DNA of 64,000 nucleotides from Thermoproteota archaeon (GTDB lineage Archaea; Thermoproteota; EX4484-205; JAAOZP01): NCBI GenBank assembly GCA_049700215.1, contig JBNAVT010000005.1, positions 26,542 to 90,541 of the forward strand, read 5' to 3'. Shown piece by piece: positions 58,160 to 64,000 of this stretch (position 1 is its first letter; each line of letters starts with the position of its first letter). The notes under the pieces were generated by a model. It saw only the letters and a program-made list of their open reading frames with translations, ran no database searches and was not told where the DNA came from. The position numbers and the translations under genes were made by a program.

Positions 58160-58777
58160 CTACCAGTGGTTGTGTCTAACAATCTCCTCCAAGGGTTTTC
58201 GGTTTGACACGGGCTCCTTTTTCTCAGCAGGGTAGCCTACGGCTATCATCGCGACTACTCTCACTTCCTTCGGAAGGCCTAAAACCTTCTTGACTTCCTC
58301 CTCCTCATGGAATACTCCGATCCAGCATGTTCCGAGACCCTGCTCCCACGCTGCCAAGACAAGGTTCTGCAGGGCTATGGCTACATCGATCTTCCAGAAT
58401 TCTGTTCCGGGGAAGCTTTCACCAGGTAGGGCGCAGCCCACTATTAAAACCGGGGCCGATTCCAAGGGGCCTCTGAAAGGCCTGGGGGGAGCTCCTGCCG
58501 GTGGAGGCGGCATCATCCTCTTTTTTGCCTCAACCAGTCCTTCTTTAACCCTAGGGTCTGTGACTACGATGAAACGCCACGGCTGCCTGTTTCCAGCGGA
58601 TGGCGCTAGCCTAGCGGCCTCCAGGATTCTTTTCAGTTTTTCTTCTTCAACAGGCCTGTCCTCGTAGGCCCGTATGCTACGCCTCGTCCTTATGGCTTCG
58701 AAGACATCCATCCGGACTACCGTGGGAGTGGTTAATAAGAAGCTTATAATATTTGCTTCTCTAAACGTTAGATTCAA
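58160..58777 (-). CDS. nitroreductase family protein (paralog of 46118-46633); probable start at Met approx. 58711
   Basis: MDVFEAIRTRRSIRAYEDRPV...LEAARLAPSAGNRQPWRFIVV... Carries a Pro-rich insertion PPPPAGAPPRPFRGP. Confidence 0.75.
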   Translation of the reverse strand: MNLTFREANIISFLLTTPTVVRMDVFEAIRTRRSIRAYEDRPVEEEKLKRILEAARLAPSAGNRQPWRFIVVTDPRVKEGLVEAKKRMMPPPPAGAPPRPFRGPLESAPVLIVGCALPGESFPGTEFWKIDVAIALQNLVLAAWEQGLGTCWIGVFHEEEEVKKVLGLPKEVRVVAMIAVGYPAEKKEPVSNRKPLEEIVRHNHW

Positions 58778-58820
58778 TCCTGCGTGTCCTAAGCAGCATT
58801 AGCCTTTCATTTTTGACGGC

Positions 58821-59879
58821 TTATTCACCTTGTTTTCCAGATTTAAGGTGTTTTTCGAAGAAGCTGAAGGCCATTCTCCCGGAGAAGCTGTGTTCCCCTG
58901 GGAAGACCTCTATCCAGAGGTTTTCCGGCTCCCCGGCGACCTCGTAGGCCCTCCTTATCACGGTGTGCGCTTTCAGGGCGGAATGGATCCAGAAGCAAGT
59001 GTCGGAGGCCCCGCTCTCTATCAGGAGAGGTTTGGGGGCTATTGCAGCTATGACATCCGGCACGTCAGCATACTTGTAAAGGTTTGGAACCAGCTGAGAC
59101 CCGCAGAAGTTTGGCCTAGATATGGCGTAATGCTCAGTCGTCGTCGCGTAACATATTATGTCTGCTGCTTTCACCCTTTCGTCGAGCAGCGTCAAGTAGG
59201 TTGTCATCGTCCCTCCGAAGGATAGGCCCATACACCCTATCCTGCTTGGATCAACATATTCCAGCTTCGTTAAGAAGTCTATGACCCGCATGCCGTCGAA
59301 AATATTGCCTCCCAGAAGCGTCCTCCCAAAGATCAAGTGTTGAATGAAATGAATGTTGCATATGTCTCTCCCGGGGTAAGGGTTGTAGTAACCTATTCTT
59401 TCGCCGAAGCTCCGCCAGTCTGGAGCGACTGTTACGAAGCCAGCGTTAGCCATTTGCTCCGCGTAGTTGTAGTTTAACCTGGCGATCTCAGCCTTCCTGT
59501 TCGGGTCGTTAAAATGAACCCCGGCTACTGAATCCTTGCCGTAGGCACCGTGGCCGTGGGCACACAGGATTGCTGGAAGCTTCCCGGTTGCTTTCTTCGG
59601 AACCAGAAGGTACAGGGGCACCCAGCAGTCTTCCTCAGACTGGATGATCCATTTCTCCCTGACGTAGTTCTCTGCCTCCTCCCGGCTTAGTAAACGCGGG
59701 TTTAGATCAGCGGGTTTAGGAAGCTCTCCCAGGAGCTCTCTAATCTTGCTCTTAAGCTCCTCCTTCCACCTGAGGAACTCCTCTTTCGAGGAAGCGTTGA
59801 AGGATAGAGAAGGTTTAGTTCTCTCGTAGAGTTTCCTTATAAAATTGTCAGTGACCTGGGGGGCGTCGATTTCTCCCAA
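58821..59879 (-). CDS. alpha/beta-hydrolase, acetyl-xylan-esterase/dienelactone-hydrolase-like
   Basis: ...LPAILCAHGHGAYGKD..., nucleophile elbow GLSFGG, ...DTCF.... Size approx. 350 aa. Confidence 0.6.
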   Translation of the reverse strand: MGEIDAPQVTDNFIRKLYERTKPSLSFNASSKEEFLRWKEELKSKIRELLGELPKPADLNPRLLSREEAENYVREKWIIQSEEDCWVPLYLLVPKKATGKLPAILCAHGHGAYGKDSVAGVHFNDPNRKAEIARLNYNYAEQMANAGFVTVAPDWRSFGERIGYYNPYPGRDICNIHFIQHLIFGRTLLGGNIFDGMRVIDFLTKLEYVDPSRIGCMGLSFGGTMTTYLTLLDERVKAADIICYATTTEHYAISRPNFCGSQLVPNLYKYADVPDVIAAIAPKPLLIESGASDTCFWIHSALKAHTVIRRAYEVAGEPENLWIEVFPGEHSFSGRMAFSFFEKHLKSGKQGE

Positions 59880-59934
59880 CGCGCATCGTCAAAACCGTGC
59901 TAAGCCTGTTTATAAGACTATGGGTTTCAAGCAG

Positions 59935-61056
59935 TCATCTTCTCCCCCTGCTCTCCACTGTTTCGCTGACCATCTTCACTCTCTCAATCTCCCCGTCCGG
60001 AGGCACCTGGTCGGCAACTCCTATGATGAACCTGCGGTCGTTTAGATACGTTTCTACTATGTCGTCAAGCACTTGCCTCAACATCTCGACGGGATATTTC
60101 TTGCTGAATAAGACTCCGGGTAAGCCTCCCCATAGAACTATGTTTTCGCCGGCGATCTTCCTGAAATCCTTGACGTCAACATCGCCCGCGGGAGCTGGAG
60201 TCAGCGATTGCGCGCAGTCAACACCCGTTTGAGCCAGCAATGGCAACAGTCCCCTTAATCCGCCGTCGATGTGCAGGTAAACCCTTTTCCCTTTAGCGTG
60301 GAGTTCAAGAGTACGCTTCTTATAGTAGGGTTCCAGATACGTCTTGAAGAGGCGGGGGCTAACCATGTCGCTGGACAGGTTCTCGCCGAAGTAAACATAC
60401 TTCGCAGGAGCCTCTAAAACAGCCTCGTAAATAGGGTCGTCCTCCTCACACATTACTTGAATAGTTTCGTCAAACTCTTCCCTATGCATCCATTGGAGCT
60501 TCACAGTGTTTGAAAAACCAGCCCACTCCACTATCATCCTCATTAAGGGGGTTCTGGGCGGGAGGGAGCTCACAATCCCCCATCCAGCCCATTTCCGCAT
60601 CATGCGTAGCTGCCACTCATACATCTCCGGATCCTTCTCTACAACCTGGTCTCTCAGTATGAACCTGAGCCTCTTAAGGTCGCTCGCTGTCTTCACCGGA
60701 TGCTCTACCGTAGCGGAGCTGTGAGACACCGTTGAGCGCTTGCTTACACGCTTCAAATCCCCGATCGGCGTCTCGAAAACCTCGCGTCTGACAACGCTGC
60801 CATCAGGCTCCCTGCTTTCATAAGTATGTACCTTCACCTGTTTACGCCTTACTTTGAAAACCGGGCGGTACAGCTCCTCATGCGCACCACACCCCATCTC
60901 CATGTACAGGTTTATCCTGTTCTCCCCCCAGTATTTTTGAGGCAGAGTCCCCATCTCCTCGTGAGCGTGACACCAGTATGTAAGGTCGGCGAACCAGGGC
61001 ATAGCGTCTGAATACTTGCCTTCGAATGCGGCGTCAAGCCTTTCAGCCGGCAGCAT
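59935..61056 (-). CDS. URO-D/MtaA-like family protein (third paralog)
   Basis: C-terminal half ...VYLHIDGGLRGLLPLLAQTGVDCAQSL...IVLWGGLPGVLF...IIGVADQVPPDGEIERVKMV matches the URO-D family core and C-terminus. Confidence 0.5.
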   Translation of the reverse strand: MLPAERLDAAFEGKYSDAMPWFADLTYWCHAHEEMGTLPQKYWGENRINLYMEMGCGAHEELYRPVFKVRRKQVKVHTYESREPDGSVVRREVFETPIGDLKRVSKRSTVSHSSATVEHPVKTASDLKRLRFILRDQVVEKDPEMYEWQLRMMRKWAGWGIVSSLPPRTPLMRMIVEWAGFSNTVKLQWMHREEFDETIQVMCEEDDPIYEAVLEAPAKYVYFGENLSSDMVSPRLFKTYLEPYYKKRTLELHAKGKRVYLHIDGGLRGLLPLLAQTGVDCAQSLTPAPAGDVDVKDFRKIAGENIVLWGGLPGVLFSKKYPVEMLRQVLDDIVETYLNDRRFIIGVADQVPPDGEIERVKMVSETVESRGRR

Positions 61057-61161
61057 GCTTCTTGCTCACACGGCCTTTATAATAAAGTTTTTACGATGCT
61101 TTAATACTGTAGCGCGCGCCAACTTGATTCATGGAGAGCATGAGACCATAGTTTTAGAACA

Positions 61162-62142
61162 CTATTCAACCGGACCTTGGCAGCCTGCGTATATTTTTTC
61201 AACCAACCCCATTGTTTTAACAGCGTCTCTAAAGCAGGTCTCCGGCTCCCTGTCCTCCATTACGCATCGTATGAAATGCATGTTTTCATCGAGAAACCCG
61301 TAGTAAACGTGGAATTCAGAGCTGCCTCCGGCTGCTTCAAAAGCGGATATTTCCTGGGGTTCAGGCTGGCCATCCCTGTATATAAGGGCTTTGTCATTAG
61401 GGTTGACGAACGCCGATATTCCTTTGCTATGCATCTCGAAGACGTGCACTCTTGAGCCGGCTGCCCAGTTACTCATTAAGAAGCCGAGCGCACCACTCTT
61501 GAATTTAACCATCGCGTTAAAACTATTGTCGTAAGGAACGAAAAGCCTCCTGATGGAGCTACATATGCTTTCAACATCGCCTCCACCCATCCATCTTAAA
61601 GTATCCACCGCGTGGATTACGTCTGATGTTAAGACGTCCACCGCCCCCGAATAGTAGGGAGGCTCCTGCGAAAGAATATTCTTGTAAAAAACTGATACGC
61701 ATTGGTTTATTGGGCCTCTTTCCTCAACGATCTCTTTAACTCTTCTCATAAGCGGTATGAACCTCCTGTTGAATCCAACCATGGTTCTACACCCGTGTCT
61801 CTCAGCATACCAGGCTAGGCTTTCAGTCTGGCTGCGGGTTATACCAGGAGGCTTCTCAATGAAAAGGTTAAGACCCTGCTTTAGACAGTCGACTGCTATG
61901 TCGTAGAGCTGGTGGGGAGGCATAATCAGGTATACGGCGTCCAGCTCCTCCTTATCCAACATCTCTCTATAATCGGTATACCGGCCGGGTATCGAGTATT
62001 TTTCAGCTGTCACCCTAAGCCTATCCGGGTTAAGGTCGCATACTGCTGCAACCTCCGCCTCCTTTATCGCGAAGAGCGAGGGATAGTGAACATTATTAGC
62101 GTGGGAGCCTGCTCCAACTACTCCTATCCTCACGGTCCTCAT
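61162..62142 (-). CDS. Gfo/Idh/MocA family oxidoreductase
   Basis: MRTVRIGVVGAGSHANNVHYPSL..., ...IEKPPGITRSQTESL.... Confidence 0.85.
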   Translation of the reverse strand: MRTVRIGVVGAGSHANNVHYPSLFAIKEAEVAAVCDLNPDRLRVTAEKYSIPGRYTDYREMLDKEELDAVYLIMPPHQLYDIAVDCLKQGLNLFIEKPPGITRSQTESLAWYAERHGCRTMVGFNRRFIPLMRRVKEIVEERGPINQCVSVFYKNILSQEPPYYSGAVDVLTSDVIHAVDTLRWMGGGDVESICSSIRRLFVPYDNSFNAMVKFKSGALGFLMSNWAAGSRVHVFEMHSKGISAFVNPNDKALIYRDGQPEPQEISAFEAAGGSSEFHVYYGFLDENMHFIRCVMEDREPETCFRDAVKTMGLVEKIYAGCQGPVE

Positions 62143-62308
62143 GGTTTCCCTAACATGTATCCTAAACTATTTAAAGGATTTGCGTGTGCGCAAACCTAGT
62201 TTAAACTTTTAGACGCTTCTCTAACGGTCTAAAATCTAGTGTCCAACCCTCTCCTGCGAGTAGAGAATTAAGTTAATATATGACTCTGAGGAGTGCATTA
62301 TCCGCAGA

Positions 62309-63994
62309 ATGCTGGATTTCAACAGGATTAAGACTTACCCAATATCTCAGAGGAAGAACCTTGTGAAACTGAAGGATCTAGTCGACCCAGAGTCTCCGCC
62401 ACCGCCTTTTGAAAGCCCGGAGCTAAGGGATCTTGCAAAGATAATCGTGGACGCGAGGAGAAAGGGGTGCTTAGTGTTATGGATGATGGGGGCGCACGTG
62501 ATAAAATGCGGGTTGGGACCAGTATTGATAGATCTCATGGAGCAGGGTGTGGTGAGCCATGTCGCCTCTAACGGCGCTGCTTCGATACACGACTTCGAAA
62601 TCGCTTTAATCGGCGAGACTAGTGAGGATGTTGCTACAAGCATAGAGGACGGAACCTTCGGAATGGCTGAGGAAACAGGATTACTGATGAACGTGGCTAT
62701 TCAACGCGGTGTTCGCGACGGCTTAGGCTACGGTGAATCTCTAGGAAGGATGATTGATGAAGACGGCCGTTTCAGATTCAAGAAGTATAGTGTCCTCTAC
62801 CACGCATACAGATTAGGAGTACCTTTTACAGTTCACGTTGCACTTGGGACAGACATAATTCACCAGCATCCGGCTTGCGACTTTTCCGCCATAGGTGAGG
62901 CCAGTGGGATAGACTTCAAAAAATACGTTTACACGGTAAGCCGTCTGGATGAAGGAGTGTTCCTGAATTTCGGTTCAGCCGTCATAGGTCCTGAAGTTTT
63001 TCTTAAAGCATTATCGATCGCGAGAAACCTAGGGTTTAAAGTGGAGAGGTTTACAGCCGCAAACTTCGATTTGAAACCCATAAGAGATTATACTCGCCCG
63101 AGAAAGAAGGATGAAGAGGAATACTACTACAGGCCTCTGAAAAACATTGTTATAAGGCCAACCTCGCTGGGAGGTAGAGGCTTCCACATTACTGGCGACC
63201 ATGCTGTGACAATACCTAACCTCCGCCACCTCGTGGTCAGGATGATTAGAGAGGAAAATGTTAATCTCCTGGCCCCTGGAGGAGTAGGCTTCGCGTTGGA
63301 AAAGCGGGTTGACGGTTTACTCGAGCCCTCTGTGAAAAACATTGTTGAAGAATTTGCAGGGAGTAACCGGGAACTGAGTGTTGTGGCAGATGACCTGGTT
63401 AAGGCGTTTAGAGTTATTGACACCCGTCTTAGCGTTGGAGGGACGCTCTTTATATGCGGTAATGGCGGCAGCTTCGCAGACGCGTTCCACATTTCCGCCG
63501 AGCTTCTGAAATCCTTCGAGTCTAGGAGACCCATGCCGAGCTATCGTAGGAGGCTTTTTGAAGCGGTTCCTAACGGTAGTCTACTGGCGGGAAGCTTGGA
63601 GGAGGGTTTGCGCGTGATAGTCCTAGGCTCAAACCATTCTCTCTCAAGCGCTGTGGAGAACGATAACCCGACGAGGAGCATGGCTTTCGCGCAAGAACTA
63701 TACTCCTTGGCGAAACATGGGGATGTCCTGATGGGTATAAGCACTAGCGGTAATGCTCAGAACGTGATTTATGCTGCGGCAACCGCTAAAGCCCTGGGTT
63801 TAACAGTGGTAGCTCTAACCGGTAGGGAGGGTGGGATGCTTGCGGAAATCGCTGACGTCGCTGTCAAGGCACCAGCTTCAGAGACGAGCCGTGTGCAGGA
63901 GATGCACTCCGTACTGTACCATGTTTTATGCAGGATGCTCGAGGCCTCTTTGCTTAGGAGGCTGGAGTTGAATGAGAGGGCTGAAACGCTCTAG
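62309..63994 (+). CDS. two-domain protein: uncharacterised approx. 330-aa N-terminal domain fused to a C-terminal SIS (sugar isomerase, GmhA-like) domain
   Basis: C-terminus ...LFICGNGGSFADAFHISAEL..., ...VLMGISTSGNAQNVIYAAATAKALGLTVVALTG... is a SIS domain. I do not recognise the N-terminal domain (...GAHVIKCGLGPVLIDLMEQGVVSHVASNGAASIHDFE...). Confidence 0.6.
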   Translation: MLDFNRIKTYPISQRKNLVKLKDLVDPESPPPPFESPELRDLAKIIVDARRKGCLVLWMMGAHVIKCGLGPVLIDLMEQGVVSHVASNGAASIHDFEIALIGETSEDVATSIEDGTFGMAEETGLLMNVAIQRGVRDGLGYGESLGRMIDEDGRFRFKKYSVLYHAYRLGVPFTVHVALGTDIIHQHPACDFSAIGEASGIDFKKYVYTVSRLDEGVFLNFGSAVIGPEVFLKALSIARNLGFKVERFTAANFDLKPIRDYTRPRKKDEEEYYYRPLKNIVIRPTSLGGRGFHITGDHAVTIPNLRHLVVRMIREENVNLLAPGGVGFALEKRVDGLLEPSVKNIVEEFAGSNRELSVVADDLVKAFRVIDTRLSVGGTLFICGNGGSFADAFHISAELLKSFESRRPMPSYRRRLFEAVPNGSLLAGSLEEGLRVIVLGSNHSLSSAVENDNPTRSMAFAQELYSLAKHGDVLMGISTSGNAQNVIYAAATAKALGLTVVALTGREGGMLAEIADVAVKAPASETSRVQEMHSVLYHVLCRMLEASLLRRLELNERAETL

Positions 63995-64000
63995 GCTGGT

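Overview
This 64 kb window looks like an archaeal chromosome segment, probably from a thermophilic Thermoproteota/Crenarchaeota-like organism; the taxon call is inference. Support: a FEN-1 flap endonuclease; an aspartate-dehydrogenase-type nadX-nadC-nadA NAD operon; AT-rich TATA-like boxes about 27-30 nt upstream of start codons, i.e. leaderless-style promoters; many alternative TTG/GTG starts; a DUF134/NifX-like cluster; and a serpin. Coding density is high on both strands. I found no tRNA, rRNA, CRISPR array, transposase or integrase.

Functionally the window is mostly a saccharolytic island. It carries a GH78 alpha-L-rhamnosidase, an HpcH/HpaI aldolase, five Gfo/Idh/MocA dehydrogenases, four xylose-isomerase-like TIM-barrel sugar isomerases, a PfkB kinase, an acetyl-xylan-esterase-like hydrolase, two amidohydrolase-2 genes, several uncharacterised glycoside-hydrolase-like proteins, and three uroporphyrinogen-decarboxylase-like (URO-D-like) paralogs. 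Housekeeping genes are interspersed: nadXCA, an NAD kinase, a two-subunit class I fumarase, FEN-1, two nitroreductases, an ABC-2 exporter, and a PIN/PhoH/KH ATPase.

The most unusual content is two loci encoding giant secreted or membrane-anchored proteins with gingipain-like (Peptidase_C25, clan CD) domains. At 31184-34228 the C25 catalytic module sits downstream of a membrane-anchored serpin and a DUF192 gene. It is followed by a poly-proline, CarboxypepD_reg-like surface protein and a glycine-zipper membrane protein. At 51132-55829 a 1565-aa protein appears to have its C25 domain split by an inserted FG-GAP beta-propeller; it is co-transcribed with a PKD-domain anchored protein.

Other points worth follow-up:
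- A DUF134 plus two DUF5320-like genes plus NifX-like plus O-methyltransferase module.
- An NAD kinase fused to a C-terminal winged helix, divergent from nadXCA, with a TATA-flanking inverted repeat on the nadA promoter.
- A DUF72-SWIM fusion.
- Two decayed gene remnants.
- A roughly 830 bp AT-rich non-coding tract.

All domain and family calls come from reading the translated ORFs for motifs and from recall of family signatures. No database search was run.
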